Of a DNA stretch of 64,000 nt, positions 1 to 11,024 are shown piece after piece. Origin of the DNA: Bacteroidota bacterium (GTDB lineage: Bacteria; Bacteroidota; Bacteroidia; AKYH767-A; JAHEYN01). Made by a program: the position numbers and the translations under genes. The stretch is from contig CANFOZ010000001.1 in the NCBI GenBank assembly GCA_947448795.1, forward strand, positions 52,662-116,661. Reading direction: 5' to 3'. The notes under the pieces are model-generated. The model saw nothing but the letters and a program-made list of their open reading frames with translations, ran no database searches and was not told where the DNA came from. The number at the start of each line of letters is the position of its first letter. The first letter of the stretch is position 1.

Positions 1-146
1 AAAGTATCGACAAACAGTTGCTTGGCGCGGTTGCAGCTAAAATACGCACCCTGCGTAAACCTGAACCTTACAAAGGAAAAGGTATCAAGTTCGCCGGCGA
101 GGTGCTCCGTAGAAAAGCTGGTAAGTCAGCTTCTAAATCATCTTAA
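1..146 (+). CDS. rplF: 50S ribosomal protein L6, C-terminal fragment (gene starts upstream of window)
   Basis: Frame-3 translation from the window edge reads ...[31 protein letters not shown], an L6 C-terminus. It sits directly upstream of rplR, as in the conserved spc operon. Confidence 0.6.
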   Translation, partial: SIDKQLLGAVAAKIRTLRKPEPYKGKGIKFAGEVLRRKAGKSASKSS

Positions 147-198
147 GTTTAAGATTAGAACTTGCTCATTAAGTCAATAAGAATAAAATAATATTATC

Positions 199-555
199 AT
201 GTCAGCAAAGAAATTAGAGAGAAGAGATGCTATCCGGAACAGGGTACGTAAAAAGATCTCCGGCACAGCCGAGCGACCACGTCTGTCCGTGTTCCGAAGC
301 AACAAACAAATATATGCCCAGGTGATCGATGATCACACAGGATCTACCATCTGTGCTTATTCATCCACACACAAGGAGATGGAAGGCAAGAAAGTTAACA
401 AGGTTGAGCAGGCTAAAATGGTTGGCCTAGGTATCGCCAAAGCGGCTTCTGGTGCAGGTGTTGCAACAGTGGTGTTCGATCGTGGTGGTTATCTTTATCA
501 CGGCCGTGTTAAATCACTTGCTGAAGCGGCTCGTGAAGGTGGATTGAAATTTTAA
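199..555 (+). CDS. rplR: 50S ribosomal protein L18
   Basis: The 118-aa ORF has the typical L18 N-terminus ([16 protein letters not shown]) and ends ...[11 protein letters not shown]. Its position is between L6 and S5. Confidence 0.9.
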   Translation: MSAKKLERRDAIRNRVRKKISGTAERPRLSVFRSNKQIYAQVIDDHTGSTICAYSSTHKEMEGKKVNKVEQAKMVGLGIAKAASGAGVATVVFDRGGYLYHGRVKSLAEAAREGGLKF

Positions 556-576
556 TTATCTATAAAAAAATATACA

Positions 577-1095
577 ATGCCTGTACAAAATAGTAAAAAA
601 GTCAAGTCCAGCGAGACTGAGCTGAAAGATCGTTTGGTTTCAATCCAGCGTGTCACAAAAACTACCAAGGGCGGACGCACCTTTAGTTTTTCAGCGATCA
701 TCGTGGTGGGAGACGAGCATGGCGTGGTAGGTTACGGACTTGGTAAAGCCAAAGAGGTGACTGATGCCGTGAGAAAAGGCGTGGATGATGCTAAGAAGAA
801 CCTTATCAAGGTAAATCTCATCAAAGGATCTGTGCCGCATGAGCAGTATGGTAAATTTGGTGGTGCACTTGTGTTCCTTAAGCCAGCAGCTCCTGGAACA
901 GGCGTAATCGCCGGTGGTGCGATGCGTGCAGTATTGGAGAGTGTAGGCGTTAAAGACGTTCTCGCTAAATCAAAGGGATCATCCAATCCCCATAACGTTG
1001 TGAAAGCGACTGTTGATGCACTTGCGAATCTTCGTGATGCAATTACTGTAGCACAGCATCGTGGTGTGAAAATGGACAAAGTATTTAACGGTTAA
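577..1095 (+). CDS. rpsE: 30S ribosomal protein S5
   Basis: A 172-aa ORF with a conserved S5 core ([12 protein letters not shown]...). Operon position supports the call. Confidence 0.9.
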   Translation: MPVQNSKKVKSSETELKDRLVSIQRVTKTTKGGRTFSFSAIIVVGDEHGVVGYGLGKAKEVTDAVRKGVDDAKKNLIKVNLIKGSVPHEQYGKFGGALVFLKPAAPGTGVIAGGAMRAVLESVGVKDVLAKSKGSSNPHNVVKATVDALANLRDAITVAQHRGVKMDKVFNG

Positions 1096-1117
1096 TCATC
1101 TTCTGAACTTCATAGCG

Positions 1118-1297
1118 ATGAAAAAAGTAAAAATAACACAAGTGAAAAGCGGTATCCACCGTATGCTTAGCCAAAAGCAAACGCTTCAGGCCTTGGGTCT
1201 ATCCATGAATAAAACAGTGGAACACGAAGTAAATCCTCAGATAATGGGTATGATCCGCAAGGTCATCCATCTGGTGACTGTTGAGGAATCAAAATAA
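1118..1297 (+). CDS. rpmD: 50S ribosomal protein L30
   Basis: A 59-aa ORF that is absent from the ORF track because it is under 60 aa. Translation MKKVKITQVKSGIHRMLSQKQTLQALGL... is L30-like, and it lies between rpsE and rplO. Confidence 0.75.
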   Translation: MKKVKITQVKSGIHRMLSQKQTLQALGLSMNKTVEHEVNPQIMGMIRKVIHLVTVEESK

Positions 1298-1322
1298 ATA
1301 GCTACATTTAACTTATAGAATC

Positions 1323-1778
1323 ATGAATTTAAGTAATCTCAGCCCTGCTAAAGGCTCAGTAAAAAAAGAGAAGAAGCGTATCGGTAGGGGCCAAGGTTCC
1401 GGTAAAGGCGGCACTTCCACAAAGGGTCATAAGGGTGCCCAAAGCCGCTCCGGTTATTCTAGCAAGCGCGGTTTTGAAGGCGGTCAAATGCCATTGCAGC
1501 GTCGTGTTCCGAAATTCGGTTTCAAAAATATCAATCGCGTTGAATATAACGGTGTTAATCTCGATGTTATACAGAAACTCGCGGATGATCACAAGTTGAC
1601 AACGATCTCTCCTGAGATATTGTTTGAGCACGGTCTTACTTCTAAAAAGGATCTTATTAAGATTCTTGGACGCGGTGAGCTGAAAGCTAAACTTTCGATA
1701 GCAGCACATGCTTTCTCCGCGACAGCTAAAACCGCAATCGAAGCCAATGGCGGAGAGGCGATTGTTCAAAAATTCTAA
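1323..1778 (+). CDS. rplO: 50S ribosomal protein L15
   Basis: A 151-aa ORF with a glycine/basic-rich N-terminus (GRGQGSGKGGTSTKGHKG) typical of L15. It precedes secY. Confidence 0.9.
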   Translation: MNLSNLSPAKGSVKKEKKRIGRGQGSGKGGTSTKGHKGAQSRSGYSSKRGFEGGQMPLQRRVPKFGFKNINRVEYNGVNLDVIQKLADDHKLTTISPEILFEHGLTSKKDLIKILGRGELKAKLSIAAHAFSATAKTAIEANGGEAIVQKF

Positions 1779-1805
1779 TATCAATCCACACGCAACCACG
1801 CGCTG

Positions 1806-3161
1806 ATGAAAGATTTCATTAACACTATACGGAATATATTCAAAATCGACGATCTTCGATCGAGGATTGTGAATACCTTGTTCTTTCTAATCATTTACCG
1901 ATTGGGAGCACACGTCGTTCTCCCAGGCGTTAATCCAAATGAGTTGGCTGCCTTAAAGAGCCAAAGCAGCGGTGGAATTCTAGGCCTCCTCGACATGTTT
2001 GCCGGCGGCGCCTTTTCCCATGCATCGATCTTCGCTTTAGGAATCATGCCCTACATCTCTGCATCCATCGTGTTGCAATTGCTAGGTATAGCCATCCCAT
2101 ATTTCCAAAAATTGCAGAAAGAAGGCGAAAGCGGTCGCAAAAAGATTAATCAGTACACACGTTACCTAACTGTGCTTATCTGCGCGTTTCAGGCACCGGG
2201 TTATTTGGTTAACCTTAAATCGCAGGCAGCAGGCGCTATTATCTCTGTAACTAATCCTGAATTGGTTTCTCCATTCATGTTTACCCTTACCTCTGTTATT
2301 ATTCTTATGGCCGGCACCATCTTCGTGATGTGGTTAGGAGAGAAAATTACGGACAAGGGTCTTGGTAATGGTATATCCCTTATCATCATGGTGGGTATCA
2401 TTGCCCGTCTACCGGCCTCCCTGAAAGACGAGTTTGTTTCTCGTCTCGGTTCTGGTGGTATGATTGCTTTCTTGATTGAAATAGTGGCTCTTGCCTTAGT
2501 CATCATCATGGTGATACTGCTTGTGCAAGGTACACGACGCATTCCAGTTCAAGTAGCGAAGAAAATCGTTGGTAATAAGCAATATGGTGGTGTTCGTCAA
2601 TACATCCCGCTGAAAGTGAACTCTGCTGGTGTTATGCCTATCATCTTCGCACAAGCGATTATGTTTATCCCAGCTACGGTTGCTCAGTTTTTCCCGGACT
2701 CTAGCACATCACAAGGTATTGCAACCACCTTTACCAACTTCACTTCTTTTTGGTATAACTTTGTATTTGCTCTGCTAATCATTGTATTTACCTATTTCTA
2801 CACTGCGATTACGGTGAATCCAAATCAGATGGCAGAGGATATGAAGAAGAATGGCGGATTCGTACCGGGTGTTAAGCCAGGTCGCAAAACGGCTGAATTC
2901 ATTGATAATGTGATGTCTCGTATAACACTTCCAGGTTCCGTGTTCCTTGCTTTGGTAGCTATTATGCCTACTTTTGCAATCCTTCTCGGAATAAGCAGCA
3001 ATTTTGCCCACTTCTACGGAGGTACATCGTTGCTGATTTTGGTTGGTGTGGTGTTGGATACACTTCAACAGATTGAGAGCCACCTTTTGATGAGACACTA
3101 CGATGGTCTCATGAAATCTGGACGTATAAAAGGCAGAACGGCAGTTGGAGCCGCGATGTAA
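1806..3161 (+). CDS. secY: Preprotein translocase subunit SecY
   Basis: A 451-aa polytopic membrane protein. SecY-like segments are present (GIMPYISASI, plug/TM2 region). Its position after rplO is canonical. Confidence 0.95.
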   Translation: MKDFINTIRNIFKIDDLRSRIVNTLFFLIIYRLGAHVVLPGVNPNELAALKSQSSGGILGLLDMFAGGAFSHASIFALGIMPYISASIVLQLLGIAIPYFQKLQKEGESGRKKINQYTRYLTVLICAFQAPGYLVNLKSQAAGAIISVTNPELVSPFMFTLTSVIILMAGTIFVMWLGEKITDKGLGNGISLIIMVGIIARLPASLKDEFVSRLGSGGMIAFLIEIVALALVIIMVILLVQGTRRIPVQVAKKIVGNKQYGGVRQYIPLKVNSAGVMPIIFAQAIMFIPATVAQFFPDSSTSQGIATTFTNFTSFWYNFVFALLIIVFTYFYTAITVNPNQMAEDMKKNGGFVPGVKPGRKTAEFIDNVMSRITLPGSVFLALVAIMPTFAILLGISSNFAHFYGGTSLLILVGVVLDTLQQIESHLLMRHYDGLMKSGRIKGRTAVGAAM

Positions 3162-3203
3162 AATTCGGAACGCCTGCCGCAATGCAGACGAACCATTGAA
3201 AAG

Positions 3204-3983
3204 ATGATTTATTACAAGACGCACGAGGAGATAGAGTTAATAAGAGAAAGTTCTTTACTTGTTTCGAAGACACTGGCTGAAGTAGCCAAAATCATTCGAC
3301 CGGGAATCACTACTGAAGCGTTGGATAAACGCGCAGAAGAGTTTATCAGGGATCATGGTGCCGTTCCAGCCTTTAAAGGTTATAAGGGTTTCCGTCATAC
3401 CTTGTGTATCTCAACTGATCATCAGGTGGTGCATGGAATACCTTCTGATCGCGTTATTCGCGATGGCGAAGTGGTTTCTGTGGATTGCGGGGTGAAAATG
3501 AATGGATTCTTCGGTGATTCAGCGTTTACCTTTCCAGTAGGAAATGTCAGCGCGGATAAGCTTAACCTGCTTAAAGTAACGCGCGAGAGTTTAGAGCGTG
3601 GAGTAGCGAAGGCAGTGGCTGGTATGCGTATGGGAGATATCAGCGCAGCGGTTCAAGAACATGCTGAACAACATGGGTACTCTTGTGTACGCGAGTTGGT
3701 TGGACATGGCATCGGCCGCGATCTGCATGAGAAGCCGGAAGTTCCGAACTACGGAAAACGCGGTTCGGGGATGAAGCTGCAGGAAGGATTGGTTATCGCA
3801 ATAGAGCCGATGATCAATATGGGAAAAAGCGCAGTGGTGCAAGAAGACGATGGTTGGACAGTGTCAACAAGAGATGGAAAAGCGTCGGCACATTTCGAAC
3901 ACACCGTTGCCGTTCAGAAAGGAAAGGTAGATGTATTGACCACCTTTCGATTTATAGAAGAAGTAGTTTCAGTTACAAGATAA
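3204..3983 (+). CDS. map: Type I methionine aminopeptidase
   Basis: 259 aa. MetAP metal-binding context is visible (HGIGRDLHE, ...VIAIEPMIN...). It lies between secY and infA, as in many non-enteric operons; no adk is present. Confidence 0.9.
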   Translation: MIYYKTHEEIELIRESSLLVSKTLAEVAKIIRPGITTEALDKRAEEFIRDHGAVPAFKGYKGFRHTLCISTDHQVVHGIPSDRVIRDGEVVSVDCGVKMNGFFGDSAFTFPVGNVSADKLNLLKVTRESLERGVAKAVAGMRMGDISAAVQEHAEQHGYSCVRELVGHGIGRDLHEKPEVPNYGKRGSGMKLQEGLVIAIEPMINMGKSAVVQEDDGWTVSTRDGKASAHFEHTVAVQKGKVDVLTTFRFIEEVVSVTR

Positions 3984-4004
3984 TAAAAGAGGAATAAAAA
4001 GAAT

Positions 4005-4223
4005 ATGTCAAAACAGTCATCCATCGAACAAGACGGAACCATCAAAGAGGCTTTGTCGAATGCGATGTTCAGAGTGGAGCTGGAGAATGGTCACGAGATT
4101 ATCGCACATATTTCTGGCAAGATGCGCATGCACTACATCCGCATCCTTCCAGGGGATAGAGTGAAAATAGAAATGTCTCCATACGATCTTTCAAAAGGAC
4201 GAATCACATACAGATACAAATAA
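4005..4223 (+). CDS. infA: Translation initiation factor IF-1
   Basis: 72 aa, with an S1-like fold signature ([31 protein letters not shown]). Confidence 0.9.
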   Translation: MSKQSSIEQDGTIKEALSNAMFRVELENGHEIIAHISGKMRMHYIRILPGDRVKIEMSPYDLSKGRITYRYK

Positions 4224-4251
4224 GAATAGACAAGGATCAATAAACACAATC

Positions 4252-4368
4252 ATGAAAGTAAAACCATCATTAAAAAAACGCAGCCCGGAATGCAAGATCG
4301 TTCGTCGTCACGGGGTGCTTTATGTAATCAACAAGAAGAATCCACGTTTTAAGCAACGTCAAGGATAA
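4252..4368 (+). CDS. rpmJ: 50S ribosomal protein L36
   Basis: A 38-aa [41 protein letters not shown], not in the ORF track. It has a zinc-ribbon C..C...H pattern and lies between infA and rpsM. Confidence 0.8.
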   Translation: MKVKPSLKKRSPECKIVRRHGVLYVINKKNPRFKQRQG

Positions 4369-4402
4369 TCATCGGCAATCAATAACATTAATATAAAAAC
4401 AA

Positions 4403-4780
4403 ATGGCTCGTATAGCAGGTATTGATTTACCAAAAAATAAGCGTGGAATTATCGGATTAACCTACATCTACGGTGTGGGCCCGAGCATGGCTCGTCGTAT
4501 ACTCGGTGAGGCAGGTGTGAACCCCGACACGAAAGTGAGTGAATGGAACGATGATCAGCTTACCAAGATCCGTACTTTTATCACTGAACACATGAAAGTA
4601 GAGGGTGCTCTTCGTTCCGAAATTCAGTTGAATATCAAACGTCTGGTAGATATTAATAGCTATCGCGGTAGCCGTCACAGACTTGGTCTTCCAGTTAGAG
4701 GTCAGCGCACAAAGAACAACTGTCGCACACGTAAAGGAAAGCGTAAGACAGTTGCGAATAAGAAAATGGTAACTAAGTAA
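4403..4780 (+). CDS. rpsM: 30S ribosomal protein S13
   Basis: 125 aa. The N-terminus [14 protein letters not shown] is diagnostic of S13. Confidence 0.9.
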   Translation: MARIAGIDLPKNKRGIIGLTYIYGVGPSMARRILGEAGVNPDTKVSEWNDDQLTKIRTFITEHMKVEGALRSEIQLNIKRLVDINSYRGSRHRLGLPVRGQRTKNNCRTRKGKRKTVANKKMVTK

Positions 4781-4801
4781 TAATAATCACACAACAATAT
4801 A

Positions 4802-5212
4802 ATGGCAACTAAAAAGAATGATAGCGGCGCTGCGGCCAAGGTAGTCCGTAAGAAGATCGTGAAAGTGGATGCTGTGGGCGAAGCTCATATCAGTGCTACT
4901 TTTAACAACATCATCATCGCATTAACCAACGTTAGCGGACAAGTTATTTCTTGGTCTTCTGCAGGCAAAATGGGATTTCGTGGTTCAAAAAAGAACACCC
5001 CTTATGCTGCTGGACAAGCTGCACAGGATTGCGCTAAGGTGGCTTACGATATGGGACTTCGCAAGGTGAAGGTGATCGTAAAAGGACCAGGCTCTGGCCG
5101 TGAATCAGCGATTCGTACGCTGCATAATGCAGGTATCGAAGTAACCGAGATTCTTGATCTTACTCCGGTTCCTCACAACGGCTGTCGCCCTCCAAAGAAG
5201 CGCCGCGTTTAA
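4802..5212 (+). CDS. rpsK: 30S ribosomal protein S11
   Basis: 136 aa, with an S11 core ([24 protein letters not shown]). Confidence 0.9.
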   Translation: MATKKNDSGAAAKVVRKKIVKVDAVGEAHISATFNNIIIALTNVSGQVISWSSAGKMGFRGSKKNTPYAAGQAAQDCAKVAYDMGLRKVKVIVKGPGSGRESAIRTLHNAGIEVTEILDLTPVPHNGCRPPKKRRV

Positions 5213-5254
5213 TTCGTTTAAATAGTATTTATTTATACATAATCATCATTAATA

Positions 5255-5860
5255 ATGGCAAGGTACACAGGACCAAAGACGAGGATAGCTCGCAAGTTTA
5301 AGGAGGCTATCTTCGGACCGGATAAATATTTTGAGAAAAAAAATTACCCTCCAGGAATGCACGGACAGAGCAAAAAGCGCTCTAAGCAATCGGAGTATGC
5401 TGTACAGCTTCAAGAAAAGCAAAAGGTAAAATACACGTATGGTATTCTTGAGAAGCAATTTGCTCGTACGTTTGAGCTGGCTTCACGCAAAGGTGGCATC
5501 ACGGGTGAAAACCTCCTTCAGTTGATTGAGTCTCGTCTTGACAACGTAGTGTTCCGTCTCGGAATCGCTCCTAGTCGTATGGCGGCTAGACAATTGGTTG
5601 TGCACAAGCACATTCAAGTTAATGGTAAATTAGTAAACATTGCTTCTTATTGCGTTCAGCCGAACGACACAATCAGTGTTCGTCCACGCTCTCAGTCTTT
5701 GGAAGTGATTACAAACGCAGTCGTAGGTCGTAATAACCGTTACCCTTGGTTGGAGTTTGACTCTACTAGTATGACTGGTAAATTTATCTCTGCACCTGCT
5801 CGCGATCAGATTCCTGAGAACATCCGCGAACAGCTCATCGTTGAATTGTACTCTAAATAA
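5255..5860 (+). CDS. rpsD: 30S ribosomal protein S4
   Basis: 201 aa. The N-terminus [15 protein letters not shown] is typical of S4. Confidence 0.9.
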   Translation: MARYTGPKTRIARKFKEAIFGPDKYFEKKNYPPGMHGQSKKRSKQSEYAVQLQEKQKVKYTYGILEKQFARTFELASRKGGITGENLLQLIESRLDNVVFRLGIAPSRMAARQLVVHKHIQVNGKLVNIASYCVQPNDTISVRPRSQSLEVITNAVVGRNNRYPWLEFDSTSMTGKFISAPARDQIPENIREQLIVELYSK

Positions 5861-5920
5861 TTCTTTCGGTTCATCTGTAGTGCGCTTAGTGTTCATCATC
5901 TTTTAAACCAAAACATACAA

Positions 5921-6913
5921 ATGGCAATTCTAGATTTTCAAAAACCCGAGCAGGTCATCATGCTTAATGCCTCTGAGACTCAGGGACAGTTTGAGTTTCG
6001 TCCTTTGGAGCCGGGCTACGGCATTACCATTGGCAATGCCTTGCGCAGGATTCTGCTATCTTCACTCGAAGGTCATGCAGTAACCTGGGTGAAATTTAAC
6101 GGAGTGTCTCACGAGTTTTCTACCATCAAAGGTGTGGTTGAAGATATGACGGAGATCATCCTGAATATCAAACAGATTCGTTTTAAAAAGCAAATTTCAG
6201 GTACAGATTCTGAGAAGTTGACTGTAAACTTCACTGGCAAAGAGCAATTGACTGCTGGCGATATCGGCAAGCACACAAGCGCTTTCCAAGTGTTGAACCC
6301 AGATCTTGTTATCTGCAACATGGATAAAAATGTAAAACTCAGCTTCGAACTCAACATCGAGAAAGGCCGTGGTTACATTCCTTCTGAAGAGAACAAACCA
6401 TCTTCTGCGCCTGCTGGCCTCATCGCTGTTGACGCAATTTTCACACCAATTAAAAATGTGAAATATCAAATCGAAAACTTCCGCGTTGAGCAGAAGACCG
6501 ATTATGAAAAATTGGTATTGGATATCACTACTGATGGTTCTATCCATCCTAAAGAGGCTTTGAAAGAGGCTTCCCGTATCCTTATCCATCACTTCATGCT
6601 CTTCTCTGATGAGAAGATCACCATGGAAACTAAAGTAACGGCTGCCGTTGAAGAGTATGATGAAGCAACCCTTCACATGCGTCAGCTCCTGAAAACCAAA
6701 TTGGTTGACATGGACTTATCTGTTCGTGCACTCAACTGCCTCAAAGCAGCAGATGTGGAAACCCTAGGCCAACTTGTTTCTTACAACAAGTCGGACTTGT
6801 TGAAGTTCCGCAACTTTGGTAAAAAATCCCTCACTGAATTAGAAGAGCTTGTGCATAGCAAGCAGCTTAATTTTGGTATGGATATCAAAAAATTCAAATT
6901 AGATAAAGAGTAA
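5921..6913 (+). CDS. rpoA: DNA-directed RNA polymerase alpha subunit
   Basis: 330 aa with an N-terminal dimerisation domain and a C-terminal domain. It follows rpsD and precedes rplQ. Confidence 0.9.
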   Translation: MAILDFQKPEQVIMLNASETQGQFEFRPLEPGYGITIGNALRRILLSSLEGHAVTWVKFNGVSHEFSTIKGVVEDMTEIILNIKQIRFKKQISGTDSEKLTVNFTGKEQLTAGDIGKHTSAFQVLNPDLVICNMDKNVKLSFELNIEKGRGYIPSEENKPSSAPAGLIAVDAIFTPIKNVKYQIENFRVEQKTDYEKLVLDITTDGSIHPKEALKEASRILIHHFMLFSDEKITMETKVTAAVEEYDEATLHMRQLLKTKLVDMDLSVRALNCLKAADVETLGQLVSYNKSDLLKFRNFGKKSLTELEELVHSKQLNFGMDIKKFKLDKE

Positions 6914-6964
6914 TTTCAGCGACAGGTCATACGACAGGTCAACAATCCTAAATAACAAGATACA

Positions 6965-7501
6965 ATGAGGCACGGAAAAAAATTCAATAAGCTTAGCCGG
7001 ACGGCAAGCCACCGCAGGGCTCTCCTCGCGAACATGGCGGCTTCGCTGATCATGCACAAGCGCATCACTACAACCGTAGCGAAAGCAAAGGCGCTCCGCA
7101 AATATGTGGAGCCATTGCTGACCAAGTCAAAAACAGATTCAACGCATTCACGCAGAACGGTTTTTGCATATCTCCATAACAAAGAAGCGGTTACTGAACT
7201 GTTTCGTGATGTAGCTGCGAAAATCGCAACGCGTCCAGGTGGTTACACACGCATTCTGAAAACCGGCAATCGTGCTGGTGACAATGCCGAGATGTGCTTT
7301 ATCGAGCTGGTAGATTACAACGAGAACATGCTGAAAGGCGGTGCTCCTGCTAAAGCCGCTGAAGCCGCTCCGAAAAAGAGCCGTCGTGGTGGTGCTAAAA
7401 AAACTACAGCTACAGCTGGTGCTTCTGACGAGGCAACTGCTGAAGGTGCAGCACCTGCAGCTCCAAAAAAGAAAGCAGCTCCTAAGAAGAAAGAAGACTA
7501 A
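6965..7501 (+). CDS. rplQ: 50S ribosomal protein L17 with extended Lys/Ala-rich C-terminal tail
   Basis: 178 aa. The N-terminus [25 protein letters not shown] is L17. The last ~60 aa are low-complexity ([18 protein letters not shown]...[12 protein letters not shown]). Confidence 0.85.
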   Translation: MRHGKKFNKLSRTASHRRALLANMAASLIMHKRITTTVAKAKALRKYVEPLLTKSKTDSTHSRRTVFAYLHNKEAVTELFRDVAAKIATRPGGYTRILKTGNRAGDNAEMCFIELVDYNENMLKGGAPAKAAEAAPKKSRRGGAKKTTATAGASDEATAEGAAPAAPKKKAAPKKKED

Positions 7502-7522
7502 TTACATTCTTAAATTATCAGA

Positions 7523-7560
7523 GAAGGATAGTGCATCAGCATTATCCTTCTTTGCATTTT
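7523..7560 (+). terminator. Hairpin terminator ending the ribosomal-protein/rpoA operon
   Basis: A perfect 8-bp inverted repeat, GAAGGATA-(12 nt loop)-TATCCTTC, followed by TTTGCATTTT, lies immediately after the rplQ stop. Confidence 0.6.
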
Positions 7561-7623
7561 AGGGTGACTCGTGCGTTTAGCACATTAAAAATTGTGTATT
7601 TTTGAATCATAAAACACTATCCC

Positions 7624-8202
7624 TTGAGCCAGATCGAACTAATCAGACAGGAATTTGATGAAGCACAACGTGTGCTAGCGGCTTTCAACAAGGAAGAGAG
7701 TTGGACGGCTATTGCAGTTGCTGGTCAGATTTTGGTTGATGCACTTAACGCAGGCAACAAAGTGATTTCTTGTGGTAACGGTGGATCAATGTCGGACGCC
7801 ATGCATTTCGCTGAAGAGCTGAGCGGTCGTTTTCGTGAAGACCGCAAAGCATTAGCAGCGGTGGCTATATCAGACCCTGCTCATCTTTCGTGTGTTGCCA
7901 ATGACTATGGGTATGCACGCGTTTTTTCAAGGTATGTTGAAGGCTTGGGTAAGCCGGGAGATGTTTTGCTGGCCATTAGTACCAGTGGCAATTCTGAGAA
8001 TATATGCTTGGCTGCCGAAGCGGCGCGTGCCAAAGGGATGAAGGTAATCGCCCTGACAGGAAAAACCGGTGGCGCCTTGGCTGGTTTATGCGATCTGGAA
8101 ATCCGCAGTCCCGAATCTGCATTTGCTGATCGGGTGCAGGAAATTCATATCAAAGTAATTCACACCCTCATTTTGTACGTAGAGCGGTTTATTTCTACCT
8201 AA
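7624..8202 (+). CDS. gmhA: SIS-domain protein, probable D-sedoheptulose-7-phosphate isomerase (GmhA/DiaA family)
   Basis: 192 aa. SIS motifs are present ([29 protein letters not shown]). The ORF track begins at a TTG codon, so the exact start is uncertain. Confidence 0.65.
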   Translation: MSQIELIRQEFDEAQRVLAAFNKEESWTAIAVAGQILVDALNAGNKVISCGNGGSMSDAMHFAEELSGRFREDRKALAAVAISDPAHLSCVANDYGYARVFSRYVEGLGKPGDVLLAISTSGNSENICLAAEAARAKGMKVIALTGKTGGALAGLCDLEIRSPESAFADRVQEIHIKVIHTLILYVERFIST

Positions 8203-8284
8203 TTTTTGCTCATTACAGCCGCTTTCTTGGTTTTGACAAGCAAGTAGTCCATCCGGGCGTATTTTCGTTTTAAATCGAAAATAT

Positions 8285-9823
8285 ATGCTTGTAAAAACTT
8301 TCGGCAGTGCTGTGAACGGCATACATGCCACAACTATTACCATGGAGGTGAACGCCCTCATCGGACTCAACTTCTTTCTCGTCGGCTTGCCCGACAATGC
8401 GGTGAAAGAAAGCCATAAGCGCATCGTTGCGGCTTTAAAAAACACAGGCTATAAAAACCCAGGTCGCGAGATAACCGTGAATATGGCGCCGGCGGATATT
8501 CGCAAGGAAGGTTCGGCCTACGATCTCCCGCTAGCGCTCGGTATATTGGCGGCATCCGAGCAAATAAATGGCCAAGAGTTAGACAAATACATCATCATGG
8601 GCGAGCTGTCGCTTGATGGTGGACTAGCGCCAATCAGAGGCGCTTTGCCTATGGCTATTCAAGCAAAAGCAGATCGTTTCAAAGGCATTATCCTGCCTAA
8701 ACAAAATGCAGGTGAGGCCGCTGTTGTAGAGGATCTTGATGTCTATGGCGTGGAGCATATCAGCGAAGTTATCCGATTCTTTGAGGGAGAAAAAGGGCTA
8801 GCCCCAATTAAAGTGGATTTGGGTAATCTCTTTCATGCCGATCAGCAAGTCTTCGATTTTGATTTTTCGGAAGTGAAAGGACAAGAGAATATCAAGCGCG
8901 CCTTAGAGATTGCGGCGGCAGGTGGTCACAACGTGATTCTGATAGGGCCGCCAGGTGCCGGGAAAACCATGTTGGCTAAGCGTTTGCCAAGCATCTTGCC
9001 GCCCCTGAGTTTAGAGGAAGCACTGGAGACGACGAAAATACATTCGGTGGCGGGAAAGATTAGTAAAAATACATCCTTAATATCGTCAAGACCATTTCGT
9101 GCGCCACACCACACGATATCAGATGTAGCGCTGGTTGGCGGCGGACAAGTGCCTCAGCCGGGCGAAATATCCTTGGCTCACAACGGAGTCTTGTTTTTGG
9201 ATGAACTGCCGGAGTTTAAACGCACCGTATTGGAAGTCATGCGACAACCTTTGGAAGAGCGAAAAATCATGGTTTCCAGGGCTCGCTTCTCGGTGGAATA
9301 TCCAGCAAGTTTTATGCTGGTTGCATCCATGAATCCGTGTCCGTGCGGGTTCTACAATCATCCTGAAAAAGAATGCGTATGCGGACCGGGTGTTGTCCAA
9401 AAATACTTGACAAAAATTTCAGGGCCGCTCCTAGATCGTATCGATATTCATATTGAGGTTACACCGGTTCCCTTTCGCGAGCTATCCAGCAATGTTGTTT
9501 CGGAAGCAAGCGCAGCAGTCCGAGCGCGCGTTATTAAAGCCCGAGAGGTTCAGCAAAAAAGATACGATGGCCAATCCGGTATTTATGCGAACTCGCAGAT
9601 GACCTCGAAACACTTAAGGCATATTTGCAACTTGTCGGATGATGGAGTGCTCTTGTTAAAAACAGCCATGGAGCGGCTTGGACTTTCAGCGCGGGCCTAC
9701 GACCGTATTCTTAAGGTAGCGCGAACCATTGCCGACTTGGATGCGAGTGAAGATATAAGCACCGCGCACTTAGCCGAGGCAATTCAATACCGTAGCTTGG
9801 ACCGAGAAGGATGGGCGGGGTAA
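8285..9823 (+). CDS. comM: YifB/ComM-family Mg-chelatase-like AAA+ ATPase
   Basis: 512 aa. It has an N-terminal Lon-like/ChlI domain, Walker A VILIGPPGAGKTMLAKR, Walker B VLFLDELPEF and a Cys-rich insert (CPCGFYNHPEKECVCG). Confidence 0.85.
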   Translation: MLVKTFGSAVNGIHATTITMEVNALIGLNFFLVGLPDNAVKESHKRIVAALKNTGYKNPGREITVNMAPADIRKEGSAYDLPLALGILAASEQINGQELDKYIIMGELSLDGGLAPIRGALPMAIQAKADRFKGIILPKQNAGEAAVVEDLDVYGVEHISEVIRFFEGEKGLAPIKVDLGNLFHADQQVFDFDFSEVKGQENIKRALEIAAAGGHNVILIGPPGAGKTMLAKRLPSILPPLSLEEALETTKIHSVAGKISKNTSLISSRPFRAPHHTISDVALVGGGQVPQPGEISLAHNGVLFLDELPEFKRTVLEVMRQPLEERKIMVSRARFSVEYPASFMLVASMNPCPCGFYNHPEKECVCGPGVVQKYLTKISGPLLDRIDIHIEVTPVPFRELSSNVVSEASAAVRARVIKAREVQQKRYDGQSGIYANSQMTSKHLRHICNLSDDGVLLLKTAMERLGLSARAYDRILKVARTIADLDASEDISTAHLAEAIQYRSLDREGWAG

Positions 9824-9842
9824 AAAATCAGAATGAGAGCGG

Positions 9843-9860
9843 GTCCCGAATACTCGGGAC
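9843..9860. terminator. Short perfect hairpin between convergent genes
   Basis: GTCCCGA-ATAC-TCGGGAC, a 7-bp stem, sits in the 93-nt gap between the comM stop and the stop of the minus-strand membrane-protein gene. There is no strong T-tract. Confidence 0.35.
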
Positions 9861-9916
9861 GGTACGGGAGGAAATGAAAATGAGAGCGATGGGAGTAGAC
9901 AAAAACGGTTGGGCTG

Positions 9917-10744
9917 TCAATGCTGAAGTTGAACATCGGAAATGTTAAACTGAGCGTCGTATAAAACTTGTAGCGCATCGCTTGTAATGGCGGAGTCGCC
10001 TCTGAATGGTCTATCTAAATCATAACAAATGAACATAGACATCGCAAACATAACGGCAATGATAAGCTTCATTGTAAATTGAATTTTCAAGTTTTCCATT
10101 TTATAGAAAAAGCTGGAGATGATCGTTAAGAAGCTAAATAAAAAGAGCACATACCAAGTGGACGCTGGTAAATCTTTCTTCGTGTCGTGCAAGCGCATAC
10201 GTCGGAGGTCGGTCAGCTCCCGATACAAGGGGAAGTAGATCTCGTAAAAATAGCGCTCGTCATGCGGCATGTCATACATGGTGTGCACGTGTTCGCGAAG
10301 TCCCATAAAGGCCTGCAGCGTTTTATCCGACGAGTTCCCTTTTTTCATCGCTGGCCATTCATCGTGAATAACAGAGTAGGTGTACTCTTTGATTGATTTA
10401 CGCATGTTCGCCTTGTAGGGTTCTTGCATGTGGTGCGTTTGGCTGTACATGGTGGCTAGTATGTCGGCCTCTCTGCCCACGTTGGTATCCACGGTTTGCC
10501 AAGTGGTCCAAAGGCTTACCCAGACAAAGGTTACTATTAACGAGAAAATCACACCAGCTAGGTTAAAGGTGGTGAGCACCATCTCATTTGAATCTTCACT
10601 TAATTTCCCCTTTGTAAGCTTCAAGAATATAGCAAATCCGATAAAGGTGAAGGAAACATATAGTATAATCCAAGTGGACAGGTTAAGCCAGATGTCAGAT
10701 TTGTAAAAGAATTCCATGTTTTGAATTTGTATGCAGCAAAGCAA
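9917..10744 (-). CDS. Hypothetical integral membrane protein (two TM pairs flanking a ~150-aa soluble region; recollection-level resemblance to DUF4239)
   Basis: 275-aa ORF. It has strongly hydrophobic helices at both ends, and a His-rich soluble middle (HHMQEPY, HVHTMYDMPHDERY). The true start is probably MEFFYKSD..., 9 codons into the ORF. Confidence 0.5.
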   Translation of the reverse strand: MLCCIQIQNMEFFYKSDIWLNLSTWIILYVSFTFIGFAIFLKLTKGKLSEDSNEMVLTTFNLAGVIFSLIVTFVWVSLWTTWQTVDTNVGREADILATMYSQTHHMQEPYKANMRKSIKEYTYSVIHDEWPAMKKGNSSDKTLQAFMGLREHVHTMYDMPHDERYFYEIYFPLYRELTDLRRMRLHDTKKDLPASTWYVLFLFSFLTIISSFFYKMENLKIQFTMKLIIAVMFAMSMFICYDLDRPFRGDSAITSDALQVLYDAQFNISDVQLQH

Positions 10745-11024
10745 ATTTACAATTTGCTGAGGTGAGCTAAGTTCGTTTTTATCAAAAAATTAGTAATTTG
10801 AATAGTATCGCTTATCCAACCTTGATTTTTTACATAGCTTTACAAGTGAACTATATAATGATTTTCAACTTTATGTCATTCGCTAATTTTCGCAAGGAAG
10901 CATTCGCAAATAAATCACATGCCTTTTTAACGTGTTTGTTTTTTGCACTCCTTGCTATTGCTATCGTTTCATCAGTTTTAATAGTAAGTATGTTCAAGGC
11001 ATTTCTTCGCAGGTGAATCATGAT

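Noticed and set aside
732-1079. 115-aa minus-strand ORF antisense to rpsE (also 1356-1799 antisense to rplO, 2201-2542 and 2775-3224 antisense to secY)
   Set aside because: These lie entirely inside highly conserved ribosomal/secY genes on the opposite strand. Their composition is typical of antisense frames, and they have no independent support.
10798-11016. 72-aa two-TM small ORF in the AT-rich divergent intergenic region
   Set aside because: It lies in a probable promoter region between divergent genes and has AT-driven Ile/Phe/Leu-rich composition. It cannot be distinguished from a chance ORF, though it could be a leader or an alternative N-terminus of the 11025 gene.
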